Assembly: GCA_963761335.1 (NCBI GenBank)
Contig: CAVXGR010000011.1
Coordinates: forward strand, 256,001 to 320,000
DNA from: an uncultured delta proteobacterium
GTDB lineage: Bacteria > Desulfobacterota > Binatia > HRBIN30 > BPIQ01
Direction of reading: 5' to 3'
DNA length: 64,000 bases
Shown: one piece after another, positions 47,250 through 57,146 of the stretch
Layout of the letters: each line of letters opens with the position of its first letter
Position numbering within the stretch: position 1 is the first letter of the stretch
Program-made: the position numbers and the translations under genes
The notes under the pieces: generated by a model
Databases searched by the model: none
Seen by the model: only the letters and a program-made list of their open reading frames with translations
Told to the model about the DNA's origin: nothing

Positions 47250-47954
47250 TCAGCGGGAGCTTCGCTCTCCCGGCGGGAATGGCTCGCGCCGCTCGCCGGT
47301 CTGCGAGCCGATCCACACCTCGCCGCCCTCGAAGTACTCCTTCTTCCAGATGGGCACGACCTCCTTCAGGCGGTCGATGGCGAAGTGGCAGGCCTCGAAG
47401 GCGGCGCGCCGGTGGCTCGAGGAGACGGCGATGCCGACGCTGGCCTCGCCGATGGGCACGCGGCCGATGCGGTGCATGATGGCGATGGCGCGGATGTCCC
47501 AGCGCTGACGCGCCGTCTCGCCGATGTGCTCCATCTCGCGCACTGCCATCTCCGCATAGGCCTCGTACTCGAGGCCGAGGACTCGGCGGCCGTCGTTGTG
47601 GTTGCGCGTCACCCCGAGAAAGGTGGCGATGGCGCCGGACGCCGGATCGGCAACCGCATCGATCAGCTCCTGCAGCACGACCGGCTCGCGGACGATGCGA
47701 AACAGCGGCGCCCCACCGCTCACCGGCGGAATCACCGCGATCTCGTCGCCGTCGGCGAGCCCGTGCTCCATGTCGACGTACTCGCGGTTGACCGCGAACG
47801 ACACCGCCCGCCGCTGCTCGGCGAGCGCCGGATGGGCGGCGCAGATCATCTCCCAAAGATCTCCGACGCTGCTGCCGGGCGCCAGCTCGAAGTCGGCGGC
47901 CTCGCGGCGCAGGCGCTCGCGAATCGATGCGAAGAAGCGAACGGTGACCCGCAT
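47250..47954 (-). CDS. moaDE: Molybdopterin synthase MoaD-MoaE fusion (MoaX-like)
   Basis: FFA..RE, AVNREY, PPVSGG, then LEYEAY, HRIG, LKEVVPIWKKE. Confidence 0.92.
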   Translation of the reverse strand: MRVTVRFFASIRERLRREAADFELAPGSSVGDLWEMICAAHPALAEQRRAVSFAVNREYVDMEHGLADGDEIAVIPPVSGGAPLFRIVREPVVLQELIDAVADPASGAIATFLGVTRNHNDGRRVLGLEYEAYAEMAVREMEHIGETARQRWDIRAIAIMHRIGRVPIGEASVGIAVSSSHRRAAFEACHFAIDRLKEVVPIWKKEYFEGGEVWIGSQTGERREPFPPGERSSR

Positions 47955-47959
47955 CCTTC

Positions 47960-48454
47960 TCACTCCTGTAACAGACCGACGAGGTGGCGAAGCTCCGGCA
48001 GAATCAGCCGGGTCATCGCCAGCTCCACGGCCGCCGTCGAGCCCGGCAGCGAGAACACCACGCGCGATCCCACCACTCCGGCCGTGGCGCGGCTGAGCAT
48101 GGCGGCGGCGCCGATCTGCTCCCAGCTGAGCATCCGAAAGAGCTCGCCAAAGCCGTCGATGGTCTTGTCGAAGAGATCCCGCACAGCCTCGTAGGTGGTG
48201 TCGCGCCTCGCCATCCCGGTGCCGCCGTTGAGGATCACCGCCTGCACCTCGGCGGGCAAGCGCTCGAGGCGAGCGCGAATCTGCTGCGGCTCGTCGCGCA
48301 CGATGCCGTAGGCGGCGATCAAGTGCTTCTCGGCCTCCAGCAGCTCGCGGATGCGGCCACCGCTGCCGTCGTTCTCCTCGGTGCGGGTGTCGCTGATGGT
48401 GATCACCGCGCAGCAGACCCTCTGCGGCCCGTGGCCGTGATGGGCGTGTGCCAC
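47960..48454 (-). CDS. moaB: Molybdenum cofactor biosynthesis protein MoaB/Mog
   Basis: ITISDTR, GGTG..RDTT, GFGELFR, LSRA, LPGS motifs. Confidence 0.9.
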   Translation of the reverse strand: MAHAHHGHGPQRVCCAVITISDTRTEENDGSGGRIRELLEAEKHLIAAYGIVRDEPQQIRARLERLPAEVQAVILNGGTGMARRDTTYEAVRDLFDKTIDGFGELFRMLSWEQIGAAAMLSRATAGVVGSRVVFSLPGSTAAVELAMTRLILPELRHLVGLLQE

Positions 48455-48468
48455 CCGCTCTCCTCGCC

Positions 48469-49278
48469 TCAGAAGACCGTGTTTCGCTGCGCCAGCTCCT
48501 CGTGCAGCATCCCCTGAATCTGCCGCCGCACCGCCTGCGCCAGCAGCCCCGCGGTGCGCGTGCTCAGCTCTAGCTTGCTGAGATCGCGGTGGAAATCGAG
48601 GGGCGCTCCGAAACGCATGCGCCAGCGGCTGGGGAGCGGAATGGCGCCGAACGGGCCGAGCAAGGGAAACAGCGGCGTCAGCGGCACGTAGGGCACGCCG
48701 AGAAGCCCCCGGAGGGGGCCGAGCCGCTGCCACTTGGCGATCACCGGGTAGGTCTCCTCGGCGCCGACCACCGCCACCGGAATGACCGGAACACGCTCGT
48801 TGACGCTCATGCGCACGAAGCCGCTGCGGAAGCTCTGCAACCGATAGCGCCGGGAAAAGCCCTTGGCGACGCCGGCGACGCCCTCGGGAAAGACGCCGAC
48901 CAGCTCGCCCTGACGCAGCAGGCTCACGGCGTTGTCGTATGACGCCGGCACGGCGCCGAGCTTCGCGTAGGCGGAGCCCACCAGGGGCATCTCGGAAACG
49001 AAGCGATCGAAGAGAAAGCGCACCAGGCGCGGCCTTCTCCCGCGCAGCTCGACGGCGGCGCCGATCATGGCCGCATCGAAGGGCACGGCCCCCGAATGGT
49101 TGGCGATGATCAACGCCGGGCCGCGCACCGGGACATGCTCGATGCCCTCCACCTCGACGCGCCAATAGCGCTCGAAGAGAAAGCGGAGCAGCGGGCGCAC
49201 CATGTCGTGCACGGCCGGATCGTAACCGAAGGGGTCGACGGGGTTTTCCAGAGGGATCTGTCTTGCCGGTGCGGCCAT
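48469..49278 (-). CDS. Lysophospholipid acyltransferase (PlsC-like)
   Basis: ANHSG..PFD and FPEG motifs. Confidence 0.88.
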   Translation of the reverse strand: MAAPARQIPLENPVDPFGYDPAVHDMVRPLLRFLFERYWRVEVEGIEHVPVRGPALIIANHSGAVPFDAAMIGAAVELRGRRPRLVRFLFDRFVSEMPLVGSAYAKLGAVPASYDNAVSLLRQGELVGVFPEGVAGVAKGFSRRYRLQSFRSGFVRMSVNERVPVIPVAVVGAEETYPVIAKWQRLGPLRGLLGVPYVPLTPLFPLLGPFGAIPLPSRWRMRFGAPLDFHRDLSKLELSTRTAGLLAQAVRRQIQGMLHEELAQRNTVF

Positions 49279-49386
49279 CGGGCAGGTTCTTTCTGCGGTA
49301 CGGCGGTGCGCGCTTTCCCTTCTACCCTCGGGCGGCGCCGCGGGCAACGGCGGAAGGAAAAACGGTTGGCCGCGCGGTGCGTTCCG

Positions 49387-50040
49387 CTAGGCCGACCGCC
49401 GCAGCCGATCGCGGAAATCGACGGGGAGATAGCCACCCTCGCGCAGGGTGGCGACCAGGTCTTCCTCGTCGCGGATGTCGCGCCCGAACTCGGTGGCGCA
49501 GATGCCCACGAAGCTCACCAGATGTGAATCGCTGCCACCAAACGCATGGTAGCCGAAGCGCTCGATGACCTCGCGCACGCGCTCGTTCTCGCCGCGGCGG
49601 CTGCCGCCGTTGAGCGCCTCCACCGCCACCACCCCTTCGATCGGCGGCTTGTGCGCATAGTGCTCGCACAGGCCGATGGTCGGCCGCCCGGGATGGCAGG
49701 GAACCGCCAGTCCGCCGCGGCGCGCCACCTCGCGCACCAGCTGGTGGGCATCGAGTCGAACGTCGGCAAAGTCGAAGCGCGCGGCAATCTCGTCGTTGAC
49801 GCCGTAGACGAGAAAGTGACCATAGTCGGTCTCCACCTCGGCGCCGCGGAGGATGCGCAGCCCATAGGCGTCCTCGAGCGGGCGATAGTCGGCATGCGGG
49901 TTCCACTGGCGGTGCTCGGTCAGGACGATCCCGTCGATCGGTAGCTCCTCGCGCTTGCGCTCCAGCCACTTGAGATAGGTCTCCACCGGGGCGCGGCTGT
50001 CCTCCGAGGCCTCCGAGTGTGTGTGCAGATCGAGGATCAT
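49387..50040 (-). CDS. PHP-domain metal-dependent phosphoesterase
   Basis: DLHTHS, TEH, HP, GGSDSH motifs. Confidence 0.88.
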   Translation of the reverse strand: MILDLHTHSEASEDSRAPVETYLKWLERKREELPIDGIVLTEHRQWNPHADYRPLEDAYGLRILRGAEVETDYGHFLVYGVNDEIAARFDFADVRLDAHQLVREVARRGGLAVPCHPGRPTIGLCEHYAHKPPIEGVVAVEALNGGSRRGENERVREVIERFGYHAFGGSDSHLVSFVGICATEFGRDIRDEEDLVATLREGGYLPVDFRDRLRRSA

Positions 50041-50087
50041 GGTCTTTTATGACACATCGGCGGAGGTCGGACGAGGGGGGTCACCGT

Positions 50088-50504
50088 CTACGCCGGCCGG
50101 AAACGGGGCAGAGCCAGGTCATCGCCGACGTCTTCGAAGACGACCTCCACGGGCATGCCGATGCGCACCGTCTCCACCGGGCAGTCGACGATGTTGGTGA
50201 GCAGACGCACGCCCTCTTCGAGCTCGACGTAGGCCATGACGTAAGGCACGGACTCGCGGAACCCGGGCGCCTGGTTCTGGTGGGTCACCGTGAAGGTGTA
50301 CACCGTCCCCCGCCCCGTGCAGCGCATCCACTCCGTGTCGCTCGACAGACAGAACGGGCACAGCGCCCGCGGATAATGTCGCCGGCGGCCGCAGGCGCGG
50401 CAGCGCTGGATGTAGAGCTCGTGCCGCCGGCAGGCCTCCCAGAACCCCTTGCTCTCCTCGTCGACTCGCGGCAGTGGCTTGCGCGCCACCTTCTGCTCTG
50501 CCAT
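50088..50504 (-). CDS. DUF35 Zn-ribbon/OB-fold acyl-CoA-binding protein
   Basis: FW, CRAC...CPFC, GTVYTFT, IGMPV motifs. Confidence 0.92.
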   Translation of the reverse strand: MAEQKVARKPLPRVDEESKGFWEACRRHELYIQRCRACGRRRHYPRALCPFCLSSDTEWMRCTGRGTVYTFTVTHQNQAPGFRESVPYVMAYVELEEGVRLLTNIVDCPVETVRIGMPVEVVFEDVGDDLALPRFRPA

Positions 50505-50517
50505 CGCTGCCTTCCCT

Positions 50518-51672
50518 TCAGGCGCGCCCGAGCACCAGCGTGGCGCCGCTGTGGCGCAATCCGAGGATGCCGCCGGTGCCGTGGCAGAGGGCGACCTCGC
50601 AGCCATCGACCTGGCGCCGGCCGCACTCGCCGCGCAGCTGCCGGGTCGCCTCGATGACCAGGAAGATGCCGCGCATGCCCGGATGATTGGAGGACAGTCC
50701 GCCGCCGTCGGTGTTGACCGGCAGCGCCCCACCGAGACCGATGCGGCCGTCCTGCACGAAGGCGCCGCCCTCCCCATTGCGGCAGAAGCCGAGGCTCTCG
50801 AGCGTCTCCAGCACGGTGATGGTAAAGGAGTCGTAGATCATGCACATGTCGACGTCGCCATGGCCGACACCGGCCATCTGCATCGCCCGCGGCCCCGACT
50901 GCGAGGCCGCCATGTCGGTCAGGTCGCGGACGCCGGCGGCGGTGTGACACACCGCCTCGGAAGCACCCAGCACGAAGACCGGCGGCCGGCGCAGGTCGCG
51001 GGCGCGGGCAGCGCCGGCGACCACCACGGCGCCGCCGCCGTCGCTGATGATACAGCAGTCGAGCAGGTGCAGCGGCGAGGAGACCAGGCGGGAGGCGAGG
51101 ACGTCGGCCACGGTGATCGGCTCGCGGAACTTCGCCGCCGGATTGAGCGAGGCATGGCGGCGAACAGTGACGGCGATCTCGGCGAGCTGCTCCGCAGTGG
51201 TGCCGTACTCGTGCATGTGGCGTTGCGCCACCAGGGCATAGCCGCCGACTACGGTCGGGCCGAAGGCCACCTCGAACTGATCCGGCGGATCGCCGAGCAT
51301 GCCACCACCGGTGCCGACGGCGAAGCGGTCCGACGACGCCGTGCTACCGTAGGTGATCAGCACCACCTCGCACAGACCGGCGGCGATGGCGGCGGCGGCG
51401 TGGCCGACGTGCGCCACGAAGGACGAGCCGCCGATGGAGGTCGAGTCGAGGTAGCGCGGCTGCAGATTGAGGTGCTCGGCCACCGAGATCACGCCGATCG
51501 GTCCGACGCCGGAGGTGGCGAAGCCGTCGACGTCGGCCAGAGTCAGTCCGGCATCCTCGAGGGCGCCGCGGGCGCTCTCGGCGTGGATCTGGTACGCGGT
51601 CTTCTCCGGCGCCCAGCGCGTCGGGTGCTCGTAGACGCCGGCGATCACCGCCTGTCGCCGCAAGCCGCTCAA
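50518..51672 (-). CDS. Thiolase-like protein (SCP2-thiolase/Ltp2 type)
   Basis: DCCIISDGG, YDSF, VNTDGGGLS motifs; TTG start overlapping the upstream stop. Confidence 0.9.
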   Translation of the reverse strand: MSGLRRQAVIAGVYEHPTRWAPEKTAYQIHAESARGALEDAGLTLADVDGFATSGVGPIGVISVAEHLNLQPRYLDSTSIGGSSFVAHVGHAAAAIAAGLCEVVLITYGSTASSDRFAVGTGGGMLGDPPDQFEVAFGPTVVGGYALVAQRHMHEYGTTAEQLAEIAVTVRRHASLNPAAKFREPITVADVLASRLVSSPLHLLDCCIISDGGGAVVVAGAARARDLRRPPVFVLGASEAVCHTAAGVRDLTDMAASQSGPRAMQMAGVGHGDVDMCMIYDSFTITVLETLESLGFCRNGEGGAFVQDGRIGLGGALPVNTDGGGLSSNHPGMRGIFLVIEATRQLRGECGRRQVDGCEVALCHGTGGILGLRHSGATLVLGRA

Positions 51673-52484
51673 GGTGCCACTCCCGTCTGCCGCAGAAACT
51701 CCTCGAGAGCCGCGCCGGTCTCCGCCGCCTTCTCCATCGGCAGATGATGACCGGCGCCCTCGAGCACGACCAGGCGGGCGCCGCCGATGCCGTCGCGCAG
51801 CTCCGCGGCCGCCGCCGCTGAGGCGATCGGATCGTCGGCGCCGGAGATGATCAGCGTCGGCTGGCGAACGGCGCCGAGGCGCGGTCGGGCATCGTAAGCG
51901 GCGCCGGCGCGCAGGTCGCCGTGGCGAACCCGCGGATCGGTCTTCACCTGCTCGGTCCACACCTCGCGCATGACCGCGAAATCGCTCGACGGCGAGAACC
52001 CCTCGGTCGAGAACGGCTGCGGCACCCGACCGCGCATCACCTCGCCCCAGAGGTCGATCTGCTGCTGCGGCCAGGCGAGGCGCGGCGCCGCCGCCAGCAG
52101 GACCAGGGCGCGGACCTGCTGCGGCAGCGTCGCCGCCAGCTCGAGAGCCACCGCGGCGCCCATCGAGGTGCCGACGGCGACCAGTGCCGGCAGCTCGAGG
52201 GCGGCGATGAAGGAGACGGTGAAATCGCGGTATGCCTCGATCGAGGCCAGCCCCTCGGTGTTGCCGGAGCGGCCGTGTCCGGGGAAATCGAAGGCGATGA
52301 CCAGAGCCGTTTCGCCGAGCTGTGCCAGCGAGCGGCGCCAGACACCGGCATTGCCGCCTTCGCCGTGGATGAAGAGAAGCACGGGACCGTGATCCAGTGG
52401 CGGCCCCGCTGTCGGCAGGGTCGTCGGACCGCTGTGCAGATAGTGGACGGCGATGCCGCCGAGGCTCGCGTACTTGCTGGGCAT
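51669..52484 (-). CDS. Alpha/beta hydrolase
   Basis: FIHG, DFPGHG, GTSMG, GAGH motifs. Confidence 0.9.
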   Translation of the reverse strand: MPSKYASLGGIAVHYLHSGPTTLPTAGPPLDHGPVLLFIHGEGGNAGVWRRSLAQLGETALVIAFDFPGHGRSGNTEGLASIEAYRDFTVSFIAALELPALVAVGTSMGAAVALELAATLPQQVRALVLLAAAPRLAWPQQQIDLWGEVMRGRVPQPFSTEGFSPSSDFAVMREVWTEQVKTDPRVRHGDLRAGAAYDARPRLGAVRQPTLIISGADDPIASAAAAAELRDGIGGARLVVLEGAGHHLPMEKAAETGAALEEFLRQTGVAP

Positions 52485-52850
52485 GGGCCGGAGGCTTGTC
52501 GGCGCTGTCGCAGACCAGCGCGGTTACCGCAGCCGCCGCGGCGTTGTCAAGAAAGGAGGCCGTCGCCCGCGCAGGTGCCGCCACACGCCGCGGGCATTGC
52601 CGCAGCGCAGGTCGCACTCGGGATGCTACGGCACAGTGTCGCGCCAACCACTGACCAGGCCGCATGCGCCACCCGCACGAATGTGACGCCGCCGTACAAG
52701 CTGGGATGGCAGCGACACATGCCGGCACTCGCCGCAGCGTTGCCTCTCGCGCCTGGTGCGCGCCTCCTCTGGTATGGGATTTGGAGTCGTTTGCCATCTC
52801 TATCAGTCGTAGAAGCGAGGGATCACAGTCGCTCGCGCAGGTGACAGGGC

Positions 52851-53189
52851 ATGCATCAAAGCGAAGCTGGAACAGCCATTCGTCTGCGAGTCGAGGAAAC
52901 GGAGATTGCCGCAGTGCTCTCCTCCGTCTCGGCATCCGGGCTGGCCGTAATCCAGCTCGCCAACCCCGCCAGCAGCATCCGCGCCCTCCTCGCCAAGGCC
53001 ATGGAGGCGGGTAGCCGCGTCGAGGTGCGCGGCGGCGCGGGCCACGACATCGCCGTGCTGGCGACGCTGGTGTGGTTCGATGCCGGAGAGGGGGGTGGCG
53101 AGAATCCGGAAGTCCTGGAGCTCATCGTCGACGGCAGTGACGGGCCCGGATGGGGCGCCATCTGCGCCGCGGAGAGAGCTCCCGCATGA
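52851..53189 (+). CDS. Hypothetical protein coupled to the coiled-coil gene
   Basis: ATGA overlap at 53186-53189; plausible codon usage. Confidence 0.6.
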   Translation: MHQSEAGTAIRLRVEETEIAAVLSSVSASGLAVIQLANPASSIRALLAKAMEAGSRVEVRGGAGHDIAVLATLVWFDAGEGGGENPEVLELIVDGSDGPGWGAICAAERAPA

Positions 53190-56100
53190 GCCAGGGCGGC
53201 GCCTCGAAGAAGGCCCCGGCGGAGGGCTCCTCCAGCAGCGCCGCCGCGGTCGCGGCGCTCCGCAACCGCCTGCTCGACCTCTTCGGCCAGAAGCTCTCGC
53301 GGCGCGATTTCGCCGCGCAGATGGCGAGCCTGGTCGCCGAGGCGGCGCAGGTGAAGACGCTGGCCATCCTCGGCTACGACCGGAAGCGCGACCGCCTGGT
53401 CCTGCTCGCCGAGCACGGCCTGCCGGCGGAAGCCCAGTCGATTCTCTCCGGCGGCAACAGCCGCAGCTGGGACATCCCGCTGCGCGGCCTGCGCAACCGG
53501 CGCATCAGCGTCATCGAGGCAGCGCACCAGAATCCTTTCGTACCGCGTCCGCTCATCGACATCTCACCTGCGGCTCTCACCATCGCCGCCATCCCCCTCT
53601 ACTACGACTACAAGCCCACCGGCGTGGTGCTGCTCTTCCAGGGCAACAGCCACGCCTTCGCCGACAACGACCTGCAGGCCCTCAGCCAGGCGCTCAAGGT
53701 CGCGGCGCGCGGCCTGCGCGACTCGCACCGCTCCGCAGACGGCATCAGCACCGAGCGCGAGGAGGAGATCGCCGAGGCCGCCATCGCCGAGCTCACCGGG
53801 GAACGCCCGGCCAAGCGCGCCGCGCGCGTCGCCCATCTCGGCGGCGAGTCGACCGCGGCGGCGCACGAAGCGGAGCAGGCGCAGCTGACCGAGACGCGCA
53901 AGCTCGCCGACACTCTGCTGGCCCGCACCCAGCGCCTGGAGCAGGACCTCGCCCGCGCTCACGTCGAGCTCGAGCGCAGCGCGCAAACGGCGCGCACCTT
54001 GACCTCGGCTCGGCACGCCCTGGCGCGCGAGCGCGATCACCTGACGCAGCAGCTCACCGACCTCGAGCGCCGCCGCGAGACCGACAGTGCCGAGCTGCGC
54101 GCCCAGGTCGCGGCACTCGAAGACCGCCTGCTGGCCGCCGAATCGGAGCGCCTGCGGCTGCACCGCTCGGCCGAGCAGGCGCGCACCGCGGCGCAGAAGT
54201 CGAGCAAGACGGTCGAGAGCGAGCGCGAGGGCCTCCTCGAGCGCCTGCGCGGCGCCGAATCCTCCGCCGCCGCCCTGCAGGCCGAGGTCGGCCGCACCCG
54301 CGAGGAGCGCGAGCGGGTCAACGGGCAGCTCGAGGCGCTGCATCGCCAGCTGCAGGAACGACAGAACGAGCTCGCCGAGACGCAGGCCCGGCTGCAGCGG
54401 GAAGTGGCAGCGCTGTCGGCCGACCGCGACGGTTGGCGCGAGCAGGCGAACGCGGCCCAGGGTCTCGCCAACCAGCGCGCCGAGGAACAGCGTGCTGGCG
54501 AGCACGAGCTGCGCAGTGCCCTGGCCTCGCGCGACGCCACCATTCAGCAGCTGACGGCGCTGCGCGCCCAGCTCGAGCAGCTCGCCGAGGCCAAGGACGG
54601 GCTCGCCCAAGCGGCGACCCAGGCGGCGGCGGCCCGTGCCGCGGCCGCCGCCGAGAGCGCCTCGCTCCGCGAGGCGCTGGACAGCGAGCGCGCCGAGCGG
54701 GTGCGGCAGGAAGAGGCGCTGCAGGGCGATCTGCAACAGGCGCGCCGCGAGGCGATCGAGCTCGGCGAAGGGCTCGGCACACTGCGCGCCACCCTGGCCG
54801 ACCGCGACCGCCTCGTCGAGGAGCGCGACGCACAGCTGGCGCGTGCTGCCGCCGAGAGCGCCGAAATCCAGCGCGCCGCCGCCACCACCGAAGCGAATGC
54901 ACAGGCCGCCCGCCAGGAGACGGCGCAGCTGCGCCGCCAGCTCGGCGAAGGCGAAGCCGAGAGGCAACGCCTCGCCGACGACAGGGACGCCGCCCGGCGG
55001 CAGCTGGAGCAGCGGCTCGCCAGTCGCGGCGACAACGAACGCCAGCTCGCCGAGCAGCTGCAGTCGAGCCGCGACCAGCTCGCCGGCCTGCAGCAGGAGC
55101 ACGAGCGGCTCCGCCGCGCCCTGGCCGAGGCCGGCGAGCAGATGCACGGCGCCGAGGCGGCGCAGCGCGAGGCATTGCAGAAGCTCGCGGCGCAGGCCGA
55201 GGAGGCCCGGGGACAGCTCGAGGGGCTCGAACGCGAGCGCACCTCCCTGTCGCAGCGCCTCCAGCACGCCGAGCAGACGGCGGCCGCAGAGACCGAGCGC
55301 GCCCGCGTCGAGGTGCGCCGGGCAGAGGCGCTCGGCGACCGCGCCACCAAGCTGGAGCACGTCCTCGGCGATGGCGAGAAGCGGCGCGCCGAGCTCGAGG
55401 GGGCTCTGGCGCAGGCGCGCTCCGAGGTAGAGGCGCTGCAACAGCAGACCGCGGACCGCGGCGCCGTGGCGCGCCAGGCGGCCGAGCTGAGCGGCAAGAC
55501 GATCGAGCTACAACGCCTGCTCGAGGCGGCACGCGAGGAAGCCGAGACGCTGCGCTCCCAGCTCGGCACCGCCGAGAAGCAGCGGGCCGCCCTCGCCAAG
55601 GGGCTCCAGCAGGCCCATCGCCAGCACTCCCAGCAGTCGACCACCGTCGAGCAGGAACGAGACCGCCTGCTGGAGATGGTCGAGCGGCTCAAGGCCGAGC
55701 AACAGCGCCTGGGAGGCGAGCGCGCCGGCCAGCTCGCCGCCCTCGAAGCCGAGAGCAACAGCCAGGCGGCGGCGCTCGCCGAGCTGCAGGCCACGCTGCA
55801 ACACGCCCGCGAAGAACGCGACCGCGCCATCGCCGAGCGCGATCAGAGCGCCTCGGCAACCGCCGCCGCGCTGGCCGCCGCCAACGAGGCCGCCAGCATG
55901 GCGATGCAGGAAGGCCAGAGCGGCGCCCATCGCCTGGCAGAGAAACAGCGCCGCATCGACGAGCTCAGCGAGCTCGTGCGCCAGCGCGAAGCGGCGCTGG
56001 ACTCAACGCAGAGCGATCGCCGCCGCATGGAGGAGACGCTACAGGCCGCCGAGGAAACGGCGGCGGAGGCGCAGAGGGAACGCGACGAGCTGCGCCAACA

Positions 56101-57130
56101 GGTGCAGAGCGCCGTCGAGGCTCTGGAGCAGGAGCGCCGCGAGCACACCGACACCATCGCCGACCTGCAGCGCGAGCAGGCGAAGGAGCAGCGCCTCGCC
56201 GTGGAACGCGAGTCGCAGGCGCGCCAGTCGGCGCACTTCGCCCTCGAGGAGAAGCGCACGGCCCGCTACGACGCGCCGCTGGTGATCGAACGCTCGGCGC
56301 CGCTCGAGCGCGCCGGCTCTTCTGCGGAACAGCGGCCGGGGGCGGCGACCGCCGCCGAGCTCGAATGGGCGAGCGGCGAACACGCCCGGCTACCGGTCAG
56401 CGACGTGCTGCTGCTGGACAGCGGCCCCCTCGCCCAGGAGGCCCGCTCGCTGCTGGAGAAGGCCGGAGCGAAGGTCACCGTCTGCGAGCCGGGCGAAGCC
56501 GCCGTCACCCAGTCGGCGCAGCGCAAGATCAGCTGCGTGGCGCTCAATCTGGCGGCGGGGCCTCCGGCGTGGCACACGCTGAAGGCGCTGCGCGAGCGCG
56601 TCGCCACGCGCAGCATTCCTCTGTTCACCTATCTCGCCGCCGCCGACGCCGCCACCGGCTTCAGCTTCACGCGCACCGACTTCGCCATTTGGCCGATGGA
56701 TCCAGGCCGCATGATCGAGCGGCTGCGGCAGATGCACTTCGCCCTGCGCCGCCTGCTGGTGGTCAGCGCCGACGTCGAGGCGATGGGGCGGCTGCGGGAG
56801 CCCCTCGGCCGCGCCCACATCTCCGCCTCCATGGTGCTCGATGGCCGGCAGGCGCGCGACCTCGGCATCAGCCTGCAGCCGGAGGCCGCGGTCATGCATC
56901 TCACCCCGGGATGCGCCGACATCGCCCGCGCCGTCTCCAGCTTTCGCACCTCGCCGGCGACCCGGGAGCTGCCCCTGCTCATCCTGCTCGACAAGCCGAA
57001 CTCGAGCCACGAGGACACCTTCTTCAACTCCGTGAACCGCGAGCTGCTGCGCGCCGGCGGCTTCGATCTCAGCCGCTTGGTCACCGAGCTGAGCCTGCTC
57101 TTCGAGAGCGAGAAGAAGTCGGCCGCCTGA
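53186..57130 (+). CDS. Large protein: GAF-like N-terminus, long coiled coil, two pseudo-receiver domains
   Basis: E/Q/R/A/L heptad-rich core of ~850 aa; globular ends with GAF-like and REC-like patterns. Confidence 0.85.
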   Translation: MSQGGASKKAPAEGSSSSAAAVAALRNRLLDLFGQKLSRRDFAAQMASLVAEAAQVKTLAILGYDRKRDRLVLLAEHGLPAEAQSILSGGNSRSWDIPLRGLRNRRISVIEAAHQNPFVPRPLIDISPAALTIAAIPLYYDYKPTGVVLLFQGNSHAFADNDLQALSQALKVAARGLRDSHRSADGISTEREEEIAEAAIAELTGERPAKRAARVAHLGGESTAAAHEAEQAQLTETRKLADTLLARTQRLEQDLARAHVELERSAQTARTLTSARHALARERDHLTQQLTDLERRRETDSAELRAQVAALEDRLLAAESERLRLHRSAEQARTAAQKSSKTVESEREGLLERLRGAESSAAALQAEVGRTREERERVNGQLEALHRQLQERQNELAETQARLQREVAALSADRDGWREQANAAQGLANQRAEEQRAGEHELRSALASRDATIQQLTALRAQLEQLAEAKDGLAQAATQAAAARAAAAAESASLREALDSERAERVRQEEALQGDLQQARREAIELGEGLGTLRATLADRDRLVEERDAQLARAAAESAEIQRAAATTEANAQAARQETAQLRRQLGEGEAERQRLADDRDAARRQLEQRLASRGDNERQLAEQLQSSRDQLAGLQQEHERLRRALAEAGEQMHGAEAAQREALQKLAAQAEEARGQLEGLERERTSLSQRLQHAEQTAAAETERARVEVRRAEALGDRATKLEHVLGDGEKRRAELEGALAQARSEVEALQQQTADRGAVARQAAELSGKTIELQRLLEAAREEAETLRSQLGTAEKQRAALAKGLQQAHRQHSQQSTTVEQERDRLLEMVERLKAEQQRLGGERAGQLAALEAESNSQAAALAELQATLQHAREERDRAIAERDQSASATAAALAAANEAASMAMQEGQSGAHRLAEKQRRIDELSELVRQREAALDSTQSDRRRMEETLQAAEETAAEAQRERDELRQQVQSAVEALEQERREHTDTIADLQREQAKEQRLAVERESQARQSAHFALEEKRTARYDAPLVIERSAPLERAGSSAEQRPGAATAAELEWASGEHARLPVSDVLLLDSGPLAQEARSLLEKAGAKVTVCEPGEAAVTQSAQRKISCVALNLAAGPPAWHTLKALRERVATRSIPLFTYLAAADAATGFSFTRTDFAIWPMDPGRMIERLRQMHFALRRLLVVSADVEAMGRLREPLGRAHISASMVLDGRQARDLGISLQPEAAVMHLTPGCADIARAVSSFRTSPATRELPLLILLDKPNSSHEDTFFNSVNRELLRAGGFDLSRLVTELSLLFESEKKSAA

Positions 57131-57146
57131 CCGCGGCAACCCGGGA

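Noticed and set aside
52485..52850. Long intergenic region as a riboswitch or ncRNA
   Set aside because: No recognisable aptamer, terminator or conserved motif by eye; an Rfam search would be needed
53186..57130. SMC/SbcC or phage tape-measure identity for the coiled-coil protein
   Set aside because: No Walker A/B, signature or hinge motifs, and no phage genes nearby
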